Assembly: GCA_016192945.1 (NCBI GenBank)
Contig: JACPTE010000034.1
Span: forward strand, 956-64,955
Direction: 5' to 3'
DNA: 64,000 nt
DNA from: Candidatus Woesearchaeota archaeon
GTDB lineage: Archaea; Nanobdellota; Nanobdellia; Woesearchaeales; UBA10216
The notes below the pieces were generated by a model that was not told where the DNA came from, searched no databases, and was given only the letters and a program-made list of their open reading frames with translations. The translations under genes and the position numbers were made by a program. Shown in pieces: positions 8,712-18,380 of this stretch (the stretch's first letter is position 1; each line of letters opens with the position of its first letter).

Positions 8712-10115
8712 TTATTCACCCATGAACTTCCTGAACAACGGATTCATATCCATGGCGTGCTGCTTGGCTATGTCCTCGTAAAGCTTGTAGATTATCATCA
8801 CTGTCAAGAGCAGGCCTGTGCCGCTTGTAAGCGCACCGGATATGTCTGCAGAAGCGCTCAGGAATCCTACAGTAATCGCGCCCATTACAGTAAGCGGAGT
8901 TATGTACCTGTTGAGGAGGCTTTCAAGCACTCTTTCATCCCGCCTGAAACCAGGTATCTGCAAGCCTGAGTTCACCATCTGCTTAGCCTGGCTTCTGGCA
9001 TCCATTCCGGCAGTCCTCATCCAGAATATTGAGAAAATTATTGAGCCTGCTATGAAAAACAGGATATATGCAACTGCATGCGCAATATCCAGAAAGCTCA
9101 AATTTCCCCGTATTATGAGCGAAATCAACCTGGGGGGATATAACCACAGGATAATGCCTGAATCAGGCGTAGAGCCTGCGAAAGTCCCTAATGCAGCCCT
9201 TCCCAGCAATGGAAGGCTTACATTTTCAAGCAGCCTTGCAAAAAGCTGCACATTTGCCAGAAGCGCTGCAACAAGTATTACCGGTATGTTGCTGGTGTAG
9301 ATGAATGAAAGCGGCCATCTGATACCGTGCCCTCTTATCCTTCCAAAAGATAAGGGAATCTCAACCTTCATTGACTGGGCGTAAACAGCTATCACAAATA
9401 TGAGGACTGTAGCCGCTATTTCTGAGATGTTGAGCATCACATCCTGCAGGTTTCCCTGCTGAAGCTGGAATATTATCCCAGGTATGGCGCCTACAGGGAC
9501 TCCTCCTGAACGGGAATCAAAAAAAAGCTGGCCTGCTGTTGTCATGGGGCTTATGAGCCTTACTACCAGCGTCTTTGAAACCCCTGCTGCTATGAAAAGG
9601 CTTATTCCAGAGCCAAACCCCCATTTGGAAACCACCTCATCCATGAACATTATCAGTATCCCTCCAAGGAACAGCTGGAATATTATTATCAGAGGGCTTA
9701 TGCCTGAGGCAGGAGCCAGTCCCCCTGTAAGCACATAGACCACAGCCTCAAAAAACACAAATATGATGGACATAAGCTTCTGGAGGCCCTGGAACTCTTT
9801 CTTGCCCTCTTGAGTGGTCAGGTCAAATTTCAGCACGCCAGCACCGTTAAGCAGCTGCAGAAGGATTGATGCTGTGACCAGGGGCCCTATACCCAATGAT
9901 ATCACTGAACCGAATTCTGCACCAAGGATTATTGACAGAAACTCAAACTGGGAGAGGCCATTCTTTCCAAGCCCGTACAAAGGCACGAGGCCCAGTGCAA
10001 AAAAAACCACCAGGATTATCAATGTCCACTTGAGCTTCTCCTTGAACGAAAGCTTCTTCTCAAGCGGCTTTGCCACTTCAGGAAGATTAAATATTATTCT
10101 CTTGTATAATGACAT
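8712..10115 (-). CDS. secY: preprotein translocase subunit SecY
   Basis: 467 aa, 10 TM; SecY motifs (GLGPLVTASILLQLL, GISLFIAAG); position after L15. Confidence 0.9.
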   Translation of the reverse strand: MSLYKRIIFNLPEVAKPLEKKLSFKEKLKWTLIILVVFFALGLVPLYGLGKNGLSQFEFLSIILGAEFGSVISLGIGPLVTASILLQLLNGAGVLKFDLTTQEGKKEFQGLQKLMSIIFVFFEAVVYVLTGGLAPASGISPLIIIFQLFLGGILIMFMDEVVSKWGFGSGISLFIAAGVSKTLVVRLISPMTTAGQLFFDSRSGGVPVGAIPGIIFQLQQGNLQDVMLNISEIAATVLIFVIAVYAQSMKVEIPLSFGRIRGHGIRWPLSFIYTSNIPVILVAALLANVQLFARLLENVSLPLLGRAALGTFAGSTPDSGIILWLYPPRLISLIIRGNLSFLDIAHAVAYILFFIAGSIIFSIFWMRTAGMDARSQAKQMVNSGLQIPGFRRDERVLESLLNRYITPLTVMGAITVGFLSASADISGALTSGTGLLLTVMIIYKLYEDIAKQHAMDMNPLFRKFMGE

Positions 10116-10137
10116 AATCTTGCGCTCTTTAGTTCAT

Positions 10138-10578
10138 TCATTTACTGGCGGTTTTTTGAGCAATCACTTCGCCTCCTGCAGCCTTGACAGACTCAGCCGC
10201 CCTTGCAGAGGCTGACTCAACTGTTATGACCATCTTCCTTGTAACTTTCCCAGTTCCAAGGAGCTTATTGTAACCAGCCTGATTGAGGTCTATTATATAC
10301 TTTCCGCCTTCTTCTTTTGCATTGAACTTCTCAAGATGCTGCTCTACATAAGACACGTTCACTGGAACTACCTCTGGCTTATTATGGGTTCTGAATCCAC
10401 CCCTTCCAAAGTAGTCCTTTTTCCATATGGACGGCTTTTTGCTGTCAGCCCTCTTGCCTGTCCCAGCCATGCCTGAGCCGCCCTTATGGCCAGAGCCCCT
10501 GTGCTTCTTCATGGAGCCCCATCCGTGTGTATGCGAGCCCCTCATCCTTGATGATTTTTTCCTTCGGTTTACAGTCAT
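10138..10578 (-). CDS. rpl15: 50S ribosomal protein L15 (uL15)
   Basis: RGSHTHGWG...GSGHKGGSGMAG glycine-rich uL15 N-terminus. Confidence 0.85.
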   Translation of the reverse strand: MTVNRRKKSSRMRGSHTHGWGSMKKHRGSGHKGGSGMAGTGKRADSKKPSIWKKDYFGRGGFRTHNKPEVVPVNVSYVEQHLEKFNAKEEGGKYIIDLNQAGYNKLLGTGKVTRKMVITVESASARAAESVKAAGGEVIAQKTASK

Positions 10579-10579
10579 T

Positions 10580-10915
10580 TTAAAGCCCTATTGACCTGAT
10601 GAGTATTTTCTGGATTGCTTCCTTCTGGTTTCCTGTGTTCCTGTTCTTCCTTTTGCTCATGCCCAGCCTCTTGAACCTTCCAACATGCCTCAGCTTGATG
10701 AACCCTGATTTCGGGAGCTTCTCCGCAAATCCAGGTTCCAGTTCCCCCCAGGCAACATAGTCCTTTACCTTTTTAAGCATTCCCAATGATTCTGGCTTGC
10801 TGTCAATTATCGTGCAGTAATTCCTCCTGTAAAGCTTCAGCATGCGAAACGTATCGTTTATTTCGCTGCTGGCGTTGACCGGCCCCCTTACCCTGATTAT
10901 TGCTATCTTTTTCAT
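10580..10915 (-). CDS. rpl30: 50S ribosomal protein L30 (uL30)
   Basis: IAIIRVRGPVNAS...TFRMLKL uL30 fold signature; operon position between S5 and L15. Confidence 0.8.
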   Translation of the reverse strand: MKKIAIIRVRGPVNASSEINDTFRMLKLYRRNYCTIIDSKPESLGMLKKVKDYVAWGELEPGFAEKLPKSGFIKLRHVGRFKRLGMSKRKNRNTGNQKEAIQKILIRSIGL

Positions 10916-10917
10916 TT

Positions 10918-11709
10918 TTATGCCACAGCACGATGCCCTTCTACAGCCCCAAGAGATTCAACATACTTTTCAGGAAGCTTTGTAGAAACCAATTTTGAAA
11001 GGGCGCTTTCACATGCCTTTATGAGATTGTTTGTAGTCCTTGTCTGCCCAATTGTTTTTGACCATACATCCCTTATTCCGGCGATTTCAAGAATCTTCTG
11101 GCACTCTCCCTGGACAACAAGCCCGGTTCCCTTTGGAGCAGGCATCAGCATAAGCTTTACAGAGCCGCATTTCCCAACGACCTTGAATGGTATGCTATGG
11201 GGCTCCTTGCATCCGCACTGCCAGCTCCCGCACCCGCGCCTTATCTTAATAACTTTCAGCTTTGCATTCCTTATTGCCTTCTCCCTGGCAGGCACTGTTT
11301 CCCTGCTTTTTCCATACCCTATTCCCACAAAGCCGTTCTTGTTCCCTACGACAACGCACGTTGAAAAGCTGGGCTTGTTGCCCTCCTTTGTCTTTTTCTG
11401 AGTCTGCTTGAAAACCCTTCTCTGGCCCCCTCCGAATTTTCCCTTGGCCTGCCCTATCATCATCAGTTCTGCAGACAGGTTGTCAAGCAGCGCATCAACT
11501 ATCTCAGGCTCAAGTATCCTCTCGCCAGAGTCTATTATCTCATCTATGCTTGCTATCCTGCCGTCCTTTACCTTCTTGCCCATCCCTGTTTTTGGAACCC
11601 ATTTTTCTGAGGCGAAAGATTTTTTGGATACTTCAGCTATCTTCTCCTCCTCAACAGGCGTTACGAGTATCTCTGTTTCAGCTTCTTCTTTCTTGTCCAT
11701 TTTATTCAT
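10918..11709 (-). CDS. rps5: 30S ribosomal protein S5 (uS5) with acidic N-terminal extension
   Basis: dsRBD plus S5 C-terminal domain (GRRFSFKVVVVVGNKNGFVGIGYGKS); operon position. Confidence 0.85.
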   Translation of the reverse strand: MNKMDKKEEAETEILVTPVEEEKIAEVSKKSFASEKWVPKTGMGKKVKDGRIASIDEIIDSGERILEPEIVDALLDNLSAELMMIGQAKGKFGGGQRRVFKQTQKKTKEGNKPSFSTCVVVGNKNGFVGIGYGKSRETVPAREKAIRNAKLKVIKIRRGCGSWQCGCKEPHSIPFKVVGKCGSVKLMLMPAPKGTGLVVQGECQKILEIAGIRDVWSKTIGQTRTTNNLIKACESALSKLVSTKLPEKYVESLGAVEGHRAVA

Positions 11710-12205
11710 TCCCCTGCATCAGTTTTGTTTTCACAGATGCAATGTCATCAGATATGCCTGAAGCCTTTATGTGCTTTCCAGTGAGGCGTTCCTCCACCGG
11801 GAAAACTGATGGGTCATGGTTAATTGCAACCCCTGCATCAACAAGCCCCTTCAGGGCTGCATAAATCCTTCCGCCTTTTGAATGGACGCTGCTGCCTATG
11901 TCCAGCACGCCTTCATTAATTCCCTTCTTCCTGGCAGCTATCCCTGCCATATAGCCTGTCAGGTATGATGTGGATATGTTGGCGCCGTGGCTCCACCCGT
12001 ATTTTTTCAAGGAGCTTGAATATGCGCTTAACAGAAGAATGTCACCATTGCTGCCCGGGGTTGCTATCTGCACTATCATCCTTTTCAAGGTCTTTCTTAT
12101 TATGACTCTCGGCCTTCCCGAAAGGAGCAGGCATGCCCTTTTTTTGTAGTCAGTCTTCCCTTCCCTTTTCCTCCTGAATTGGGTTGCGTACCTTGTGTTT
12201 TTCAT
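11702..12205 (-). CDS. rpl18: 50S ribosomal protein L18 (uL18)
   Basis: N-terminal FRRKREGKTDYKKR and PRVIIRKTLKRMIVQI match uL18. Confidence 0.85.
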   Translation of the reverse strand: MKNTRYATQFRRKREGKTDYKKRACLLLSGRPRVIIRKTLKRMIVQIATPGSNGDILLLSAYSSSLKKYGWSHGANISTSYLTGYMAGIAARKKGINEGVLDIGSSVHSKGGRIYAALKGLVDAGVAINHDPSVFPVEERLTGKHIKASGISDDIASVKTKLMQGNE

Positions 12206-12654
12206 TTTTGTTTTTCTATAAACAGCTTTTGCTCATTGATATACAGCTTGATGTGCCTCTTGTTCCTGAAAAACCCGCCTTTTGCCTTTTTGTAGAGATC
12301 CTTGAATGTCTGGCCGGATACAAGGGACTTTGCCCTTATTTCCATAAGGAATCTCCTCTGGAGCCTTATGCGGCTCATCCACGCCTTTTTTGACGGGAGC
12401 CTTGATGTAGGCTTTCCCTTCCTGCTTCCAGGACCCTTATGCCTTCCCTTCCTTCTTTGGCGCATATTCTCCCTTACCCTTGCCCTGGATATCCCCCTTG
12501 CAGGAATTTTTTTGATTACACCCTCGCTGATAAGCTGCCTGACATCTGAATTAGTGATTGCTTCCTTTATGTCAGCAAGCCTTGATGTGTCAAGCTTAAC
12601 CCTTTTAGGCGAGCATTTCATTATTCCTGAAGCAAGCCTCTTCTGGAGCATCAT
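12202..12654 (-). CDS. rpl19e: 50S ribosomal protein L19e
   Basis: MLQKRLASGIMKCSPKRVKLD and RRKGRHKGPGSRKG signatures; 4-nt overlaps with neighbouring genes. Confidence 0.85.
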   Translation of the reverse strand: MMLQKRLASGIMKCSPKRVKLDTSRLADIKEAITNSDVRQLISEGVIKKIPARGISRARVRENMRQRRKGRHKGPGSRKGKPTSRLPSKKAWMSRIRLQRRFLMEIRAKSLVSGQTFKDLYKKAKGGFFRNKRHIKLYINEQKLFIEKQK

Positions 12655-13229
12655 ATTTCCCTCTTTGTGAGCAGCCTGTCTTTTTCCCTCTTTTCTTCCA
12701 TAGCCCTTTCCTCTTCTGACTTTTCAGGATGCTGTTCCTTTTCATCCCGCTTAATTGCCTGCGGCTTTTCCCTGATGGCTTTCTTCTTCTCAAGCTTCTC
12801 TTTTTCAGCTTTCTGCCTTGCCAATTTTCTTGAATCAAGCTTTTTTATGAGGGCATCCTGCTTTGAATTAACCACTTTTACGCCCTTCTGCTCTGCTGCC
12901 TTCAGGATTTCAAGCCTCTTCCTTATTCCGACGCCGTGGCTTATAACTGCAACCTCGCTTTCCACCTTAATCATGCCAATCTGCCCGGTGTTTGAAACTA
13001 AAACCCTTCGCTTCCCATTCCTGTCTAAGTGCCTTACCAGCTTTGGGGAGCCGTATCCTATTTCAACATGCCTTGGATGGCCTGCTTTCCTCATCCTCAT
13101 TTTTGAGTGGATGCCCCTGGGCCTCCTCCATTTCCTTGGAAGCTCTTTTCTCCTGTGAAAATCCTGTATCAGGAAAACAGGCTTTTTTGACTTGATGCCC
13201 TTTCTTACCTCAAGAAGCCTGGCTGTCAT
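12651..13229 (-). CDS. rpl32e: 50S ribosomal protein L32e with K/E-rich C-terminal tail
   Basis: WRRPRGIHSKMR...GYGSPK L32e core. Confidence 0.8.
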   Translation of the reverse strand: MTARLLEVRKGIKSKKPVFLIQDFHRRKELPRKWRRPRGIHSKMRMRKAGHPRHVEIGYGSPKLVRHLDRNGKRRVLVSNTGQIGMIKVESEVAVISHGVGIRKRLEILKAAEQKGVKVVNSKQDALIKKLDSRKLARQKAEKEKLEKKKAIREKPQAIKRDEKEQHPEKSEEERAMEEKREKDRLLTKREI

Positions 13230-13795
13230 CTTATCTCCTTCCCATCCTTGCTGGTTATGTATATGCCGTCCATGAACACTCTCCGGTCAAAATTGTTTCT
13301 CCGCGTCATTGTTTCAACTGATGCTGCAAATTGGGATGCTGCCTCCTTGTTTACAGATTCTATGACAACTTCCTGCCCATCTATCTTTACCTTCACTTCA
13401 GGGCATATCTTAATCTTCCTGGGGTATTTCTCCCCGAAAAAATTCTTTACAACAAATTCGTTTCCTGCAACAGCTACACTCATTGGAAAGTGGCCTGAGC
13501 AGATTTTCATCCTGTACAAGTGCCCTTCAGTAACCCCTTTTATGTAATTCCTGATGTGAGCCTTCAATGAGCCTATGGCCTTCCTGGACCTCTTGTTGCC
13601 TTTTGAGCTTTCAATCAGGATGGAGGCGCCTTCCACGCCTATCTTAAGCCCGGTGGCTGGTATTTTCTTGCGCAGCTCACCTTTCGGGCCTTTCATTGAA
13701 AGGAACGAGGAATTATAATCTGCGCTGACATTTTCTGGCAGCTCTATCCTATCAACCTGATTTTTATTTTCCATCTCAGTAGCAGTATGATACAA
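13226..13795 (-). CDS. rpl6: 50S ribosomal protein L6 (uL6)
   Basis: Two uL6 repeats; operon position between S8 and L32e. Confidence 0.85.
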   Translation of the reverse strand: MYHTATEMENKNQVDRIELPENVSADYNSSFLSMKGPKGELRKKIPATGLKIGVEGASILIESSKGNKRSRKAIGSLKAHIRNYIKGVTEGHLYRMKICSGHFPMSVAVAGNEFVVKNFFGEKYPRKIKICPEVKVKIDGQEVVIESVNKEAASQFAASVETMTRRNNFDRRVFMDGIYITSKDGKEIR

Positions 13796-14165
13796 GGCGC
13801 CCTCCTATGCCCTGCTTCTTTGCCTCCTTGTGGGTCATCAATCCTTTCTGGGTTGAGACTATTATAAGGCCGAAATCCTTTGCCGGAAGGTATGTTTTTT
13901 CAAACCTCTCAAAATCCCCCTTTTTCACAGGAAACCTGGGCATTATGGCCCCGCACTTGTTTATTGTCCCGATTAGCTGAACAGTGAATCTTGAGCCCCT
14001 GCTTTCCTTCTTCTCAGCAACATCACCAACATACCCGTTCTCTGCCATTATCCTCAGCACTTCACGTATTGTTTTTGATGTTGGCATAATCTCACAAGAG
14101 CCTTTTCCTGCCTTTTGGCAGTTAAGCACTTTTGACAGAGCATTTGATAACGTGTTGTTTAGCAT
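13776..14165 (-). CDS. rps8: 30S ribosomal protein S8 (uS8)
   Basis: N-terminal LSNALSKVLNCQKAGK and C-terminal GGRLVSYCY typical of uS8. Confidence 0.85.
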   Translation of the reverse strand: MLNNTLSNALSKVLNCQKAGKGSCEIMPTSKTIREVLRIMAENGYVGDVAEKKESRGSRFTVQLIGTINKCGAIMPRFPVKKGDFERFEKTYLPAKDFGLIIVSTQKGLMTHKEAKKQGIGGRLVSYCY

Positions 14166-14166
14166 T

Positions 14167-14397
14167 TTAGGTGTATTTCTTGAACCCCACTTTTGTAGCT
14201 ATCTCCCTGAAGCATCTCCTGCACACGTGCAAGCCATACTTGCTTATGTGCCCCCTCGTGTTGCCGCACCTCACGCAATTCTTGATGCCCCTTCCGAACT
14301 CCCTCTCCTTGGGCTTGTTGTTCTTCAAGAACCTCGCCAGCTTTATAGGCTTTCCCTTTATCTGCTTCAACGCCTTTTTATAACTGCTTACAGTCAT
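14167..14397 (-). CDS. rps14: 30S ribosomal protein S14 type Z (uS14)
   Basis: Zinc ribbon CVRCGN...CRRCFRE; operon position between L5 and S8. Confidence 0.8.
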   Translation of the reverse strand: MTVSSYKKALKQIKGKPIKLARFLKNNKPKEREFGRGIKNCVRCGNTRGHISKYGLHVCRRCFREIATKVGFKKYT

Positions 14398-14900
14398 TCC
14401 TTCCCACCTATTGATGTATTGAATTCCTTTTTCATAAATGCAATCGCCTCATCTTTTTTTACCCTGTGCCTTGCAGGTATGCTCCTCTTCTGATTCTTGC
14501 GCCTTTTAATCCTGTATCCCTGCCTTTCCATCGTTATTGTGGCCTGCAGCCCCATGATGCCTATCTTCGGGTCGTAGTTTACGCCTGGTATGTCAATGTA
14601 CTCGTGTATCCCGAATGAGACGCTCCCCTCACCATCAAACTGGCTTTCTTCAAGCAGGTTATCCTTTGCCTGAAGCAATCTCTTTATCAGTTCAATTGCA
14701 GGAGACTTCCTTATCGTAAGCTTGCAGCCAATAGGAAGCCCAAGCCTCAGGCCCCAGTTAGGGATTCTCTTCTTTGATGTAGTTTTTATTGGGTCAAGCC
14801 CTGTGATGTTCTTCAGCAGCTTCATGCCTTTCTCAAGCTTATCCTGCTCCTTTCCTGTTCCAATGTTCAGCGTCAGCTTTTCTATCCGTATACCAACCAT
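14394..14900 (-). CDS. rpl5: 50S ribosomal protein L5 (uL5)
   Basis: uL5 core (GIHEYIDIPGVNYDPKIGIMG). Confidence 0.85.
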   Translation of the reverse strand: MVGIRIEKLTLNIGTGKEQDKLEKGMKLLKNITGLDPIKTTSKKRIPNWGLRLGLPIGCKLTIRKSPAIELIKRLLQAKDNLLEESQFDGEGSVSFGIHEYIDIPGVNYDPKIGIMGLQATITMERQGYRIKRRKNQKRSIPARHRVKKDEAIAFMKKEFNTSIGGKE

Positions 14901-14901
14901 T

Positions 14902-15594
14902 TTACTCCTTTATGCTTACCTCTGGTTTTTCCTTTCCAATGGCAAATGCAAATTTCCTCATTGTTTCCACAACCTCTCCGCCAATCTTTATTGCAAGAGT
15001 TTTTCCCCTAATGTCCTCCACCATTCCAACAGAGCCAGTGTGCTTTCCCCCGACAAGGTAAACCAATGATTTTTTCTCCAGGGGAATGCTCTCCACCATT
15101 TCCTGACCAGGAAGCTTCATCAGGATGCTGTCCCCTGTTCTGTAGGCATCTTTCTTTTCAGCCAGCATCACCCTTCCGTCATGCAGCCCAACCTGAATAA
15201 CTCCGTTCTTTATTGTAGTTTTCCTGTCTATCCTGCAAATCTTCAATCCAGATTCTGCTGCTGGAATCCTTATCAGTGAAAGCTTCCCTCTTGCGTCAAT
15301 AACCATCCTGTAAGAGTCCCCTGTTTCAGGGATGCTGAGCGTGTCCATGAGCCCCACAAGATACTTTTCCTCTTTCACTCTTTTTCCATCAACAAACATT
15401 TCCCTGCCCTTTATAATGGCTTTAGCTTCCTTGGCTGTTCCAGCCATTTTTAATATGTCCCTGATTATGATGTTAAGGGGCATTCCCCTTTCCTTTTTGT
15501 GGCTTCCTGGAAGCGGCCTTGTCACAAACTTAGCAGTTTTCCTCGCAACCCTCCAGGATTTTGGGGCAGCCAGCCTTTTCATGTGCTTCTTCAT
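14902..15594 (-). CDS. rps4e: 30S ribosomal protein S4e
   Basis: N-terminal MKKHMKRLAAPKSWRVARK and KOW segment typical of S4e. Confidence 0.85.
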   Translation of the reverse strand: MKKHMKRLAAPKSWRVARKTAKFVTRPLPGSHKKERGMPLNIIIRDILKMAGTAKEAKAIIKGREMFVDGKRVKEEKYLVGLMDTLSIPETGDSYRMVIDARGKLSLIRIPAAESGLKICRIDRKTTIKNGVIQVGLHDGRVMLAEKKDAYRTGDSILMKLPGQEMVESIPLEKKSLVYLVGGKHTGSVGMVEDIRGKTLAIKIGGEVVETMRKFAFAIGKEKPEVSIKE

Positions 15595-15956
15595 TTCATT
15601 CTCCTCTTGTCATCCATGTTAAGCTCGGTTATCATCAGGTTTGATGCGTGAATCATGTAGAATGATTTTGAGCCATCTTCCTTCTTCCTTTCAATGCCTG
15701 CTATCTGCGCTTTTTCTTCCTTTACCATTATTCTCTCAACTTTCCCTGTTTTTCCCCTGAACTGGCCCCGCATTACTTTCGCAGTGTCCCCTTTTCTCAG
15801 CTCCATGGAGCGTGTCTTTAGCTTGGATTTCAGCTCTTTTGAAAGGTGAGCTGACAAAAACCGCCTCTTGATGTGCAGCGGGGCATTGGCCCTGTACTTC
15901 CTCTGTTTTCCTGCTTTTCCGCTTGAAATCCAGCTTGATGAAAATTCCCTGTTCAT
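15591..15956 (-). CDS. rpl24: 50S ribosomal protein L24 (uL24)
   Basis: KOW motif (KGDTAKVMRGQFRGKTGKV). Confidence 0.8.
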   Translation of the reverse strand: MNREFSSSWISSGKAGKQRKYRANAPLHIKRRFLSAHLSKELKSKLKTRSMELRKGDTAKVMRGQFRGKTGKVERIMVKEEKAQIAGIERKKEDGSKSFYMIHASNLMITELNMDDKRRMK

Positions 15957-15963
15957 TTTTGAC

Positions 15964-16365
15964 CTACACTATGATATTTGCAACCTTTGCTACGCCAGGC
16001 CACCTTTCTGTTGCTTCCTTGGCAATCGGTCCCTTGAAAATCGTTCCCTTAGGGTTGCCCTTGTCATCCTTCAATACTACGGCTGCGTTGTCTTCAAACT
16101 TTATTCTCATCCCGTCAATTCTCCTGTATTCCTTTTTTTGCCTTACCAAAACAGCAAAGACCACCTGTTTCCTCATCTCAGGATTTCCCTTCCTTACAGA
16201 TGCCAGAAGCAAATCCCCAACCCCGCAAGAGGGCTTCCTTCCCTTCACTGTCTTTGAGCCCTTTACAGAGATTATCCTGATTATCTTTGCGCCAGAATTG
16301 TCGCATGTATGAATCAGGCTCCCGTGGTTTATTGGCCTGGTTATCTTTCCTTTTAACGCTTGCAT
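15964..16365 (-). CDS. rpl14: 50S ribosomal protein L14 (uL14)
   Basis: CDNSGAKIIRIISVKGS signature. Confidence 0.85.
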   Translation of the reverse strand: MQALKGKITRPINHGSLIHTCDNSGAKIIRIISVKGSKTVKGRKPSCGVGDLLLASVRKGNPEMRKQVVFAVLVRQKKEYRRIDGMRIKFEDNAAVVLKDDKGNPKGTIFKGPIAKEATERWPGVAKVANIIV

Positions 16366-16366
16366 T

Positions 16367-16717
16367 TTAGTATTTTCTCACAATTACGAATTTTTTTGTC
16401 TTGCTCAGCGGCCTGCATTCCATTATCACCGCCTTATCACCCTCTTTTGCAGATATGCAGTCCGGGTTATGAACTTTAATGCTTGTCAGCCTCTTCTCGT
16501 ATCTCTGGTATTTCCTTATGAACTCCCTTCTTTCAAGGGCGAAACCAGCAGTTTTCCTCATCTTTGCAGAGACTATTGAGCCTGCAAAGGTTTTCCCCCT
16601 CACTTTCAAGGTTCCGTGGAAAGGGCAGTTTATGTCATTGCATGCAGCCTTAGGAAATGGAATGCCCATCCCTATTCCGGGCTCTTTCCCTGATTCGCCT
16701 GTTTTTGTCTTTTCCAT
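16367..16717 (-). CDS. rps17: 30S ribosomal protein S17 (uS17)
   Basis: OB-fold S17 signature (GKTFAGSIVSAKMRKTAGFALERRE...KFVIVRK). Confidence 0.8.
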   Translation of the reverse strand: MEKTKTGESGKEPGIGMGIPFPKAACNDINCPFHGTLKVRGKTFAGSIVSAKMRKTAGFALERREFIRKYQRYEKRLTSIKVHNPDCISAKEGDKAVIMECRPLSKTKKFVIVRKY

Positions 16718-16743
16718 TTGCGATTTTCCCCTTTTGAGCAGGA

Positions 16744-17046
16744 TTATTCTATTGTGCTTGGGGCGAATCCCATTGCAATAAGGTGCTTCTTGACCTTATT
16801 CTTGTGATCTCCCTGAAGCTCTATTTTTCCTTCCTTGACTGTTCCGCCGCACGCCAGCTCTGATTTAAGGCTCTTTGCAACTTCCTTAATGTCTATTTCC
16901 TTCGTGTTCAAGCCTTCAACAATTGTGCTTGTTTTTCCGAATTTCTTGTTTTCCAGGTAAACCCTTATCTGCTGGCTTTCCTTGGCTATCGATTCGCAAA
17001 CACAGATGGGCTTTGGCAACCCGCACCGTGGGCATATTTCGTTCAT
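16744..17046 (-). CDS. translation initiation factor SUI1 (aIF1)
   Basis: N-terminal Zn knuckle (CPRCGLPKPICVC) plus SUI1 domain (IRVYLENKKFGKTSTIVEG...CGGTVKEGKIELQGDH). Confidence 0.75.
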   Translation of the reverse strand: MNEICPRCGLPKPICVCESIAKESQQIRVYLENKKFGKTSTIVEGLNTKEIDIKEVAKSLKSELACGGTVKEGKIELQGDHKNKVKKHLIAMGFAPSTIE

Positions 17047-17246
17047 CCTTTTTTTGTTTCCTCCTTCCTACTCAAATTAGTCAATATCCTTGCTATTGTT
17101 TTCTTAACCTGCCGTATCTGGCCAGGGCTTTTTGGAACTGTCCCTGTAGCTACCTGGGCGTTGCTCTTCATAAGCTCCTTCCTGAGCTCAGTCAGTTTCG
17201 CCCTTGACTCTTCCTTTCCCAGCGTCGCTATCTCCTTCTTTTTCAT
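17043..17246 (-). CDS. rpl29: 50S ribosomal protein L29 (uL29)
   Basis: KEESRAKLTELRKELMKSNAQVATG helix-rich uL29; start taken at internal ATG 17246; overlaps the S3 tail out of frame. Confidence 0.75.
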   Translation of the reverse strand: MKKKEIATLGKEESRAKLTELRKELMKSNAQVATGTVPKSPGQIRQVKKTIARILTNLSRKEETKKG

Positions 17247-17889
17247 CTTTCTGCTCCTTTTCCCCCTTAACCTCTTCAATGACCTCTATCTTCTCTTTAA
17301 GTATTCCTATATGGTCGGGCAGCACAACTCCTGGAGGCATTATTGCAACCTTTATTCCTATCACGCCTGACTTCAGCTTCGCAGTTCCATACGCCTTGCG
17401 GACCTGCTCAACAGCTATGTCCCCGCACTTCTTCAGATAACCTGCATAAACCCTCCAGCTCCTGGCCCTTGCGCTAGGCACCTTTCCTGACAATTTTATC
17501 TCTATGCCCATCGCGCCAGCGTTAATTGCGTCTTCCATAGTCTTGTGCATTATTCCCTTGAATCTCTTTGAGCCGAATTTTTCAAGCGACCCAGCTATCC
17601 TTTCAGCGACAACCTGCGCATCAAGATTTATGTCAGGAACCTCGCTTAGCTCTATCTGGGGATTGTCCAGGTTGAATTTTTTCTTGAGCGCTTTTGTAAG
17701 CTTGCTTATGTTCTGGCCCTTTCTTCCTACAACCAGGCCTGGCTTTGAGGTGAATACTGTTATCTTTTCCCCGAGAGGCGTCCTTACCATCTTTGCGTGG
17801 CTCAAGCCAACGTTCTTAAGGCTTTCAGATATGAATTCCTGTATCCTGTATTCCTTCATCCTTTGAGATACGAATTCCCGTTCAATCAT
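17188..17889 (-). CDS. rps3: 30S ribosomal protein S3 (uS3) with K/E-rich C-terminal tail
   Basis: KH domain and S3 C-terminal domain; operon position. Confidence 0.85.
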   Translation of the reverse strand: MIEREFVSQRMKEYRIQEFISESLKNVGLSHAKMVRTPLGEKITVFTSKPGLVVGRKGQNISKLTKALKKKFNLDNPQIELSEVPDINLDAQVVAERIAGSLEKFGSKRFKGIMHKTMEDAINAGAMGIEIKLSGKVPSARARSWRVYAGYLKKCGDIAVEQVRKAYGTAKLKSGVIGIKVAIMPPGVVLPDHIGILKEKIEVIEEVKGEKEQKDEKEGDSDAGKGRVKGETD

Positions 17890-18376
17890 TTTTCCTGCCC
17901 TTTATTCCTGCATTTTCTTCAGGAGTTCGTGAGGATTTTCCTTGTTCAGCCTCCTCAACAGCAACTTCAAGGTGCGTTCTTTTCAAAAGCCGCCTCCTTT
18001 TCCTTCCATAATGGAAGCTTTTTGCCCCCTTGCTCGCCCTTATGTGGCTTATCACAAGATTCGGTGCCTGAAGCCCCTTTTGCTCTGCATTCGCCCTGAC
18101 GTTTTCCAGGAGCTTGATTATTTCTGCACAAGTCTTCATCGGATACCTTCCTGTGCCCATTCCCTTCCTGTGGCCTGTGCCGCCCTTGTTGAACCTCCTG
18201 TACGGAACTGCCTGCTTTCCATCAACAACCATGCCCAGCGTCCTGATGGCCCTCTGCAGGTTTTTCCCCCTAATCATGTTGCATATCTCCACTGTTTTCT
18301 TCATGGAGACTGGCAATGACAAGGCAGAGGCCTTTGCCATTTTCTCTGACGCCTTTATTGAGTATCTATAGTCCAT
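17882..18376 (-). CDS. rpl22: 50S ribosomal protein L22 (uL22)
   Basis: uL22 fold signature, operon position between S19 and S3. Confidence 0.8.
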   Translation of the reverse strand: MDYRYSIKASEKMAKASALSLPVSMKKTVEICNMIRGKNLQRAIRTLGMVVDGKQAVPYRRFNKGGTGHRKGMGTGRYPMKTCAEIIKLLENVRANAEQKGLQAPNLVISHIRASKGAKSFHYGRKRRRLLKRTHLEVAVEEAEQGKSSRTPEENAGIKGRKND

Positions 18377-18380
18377 TTTA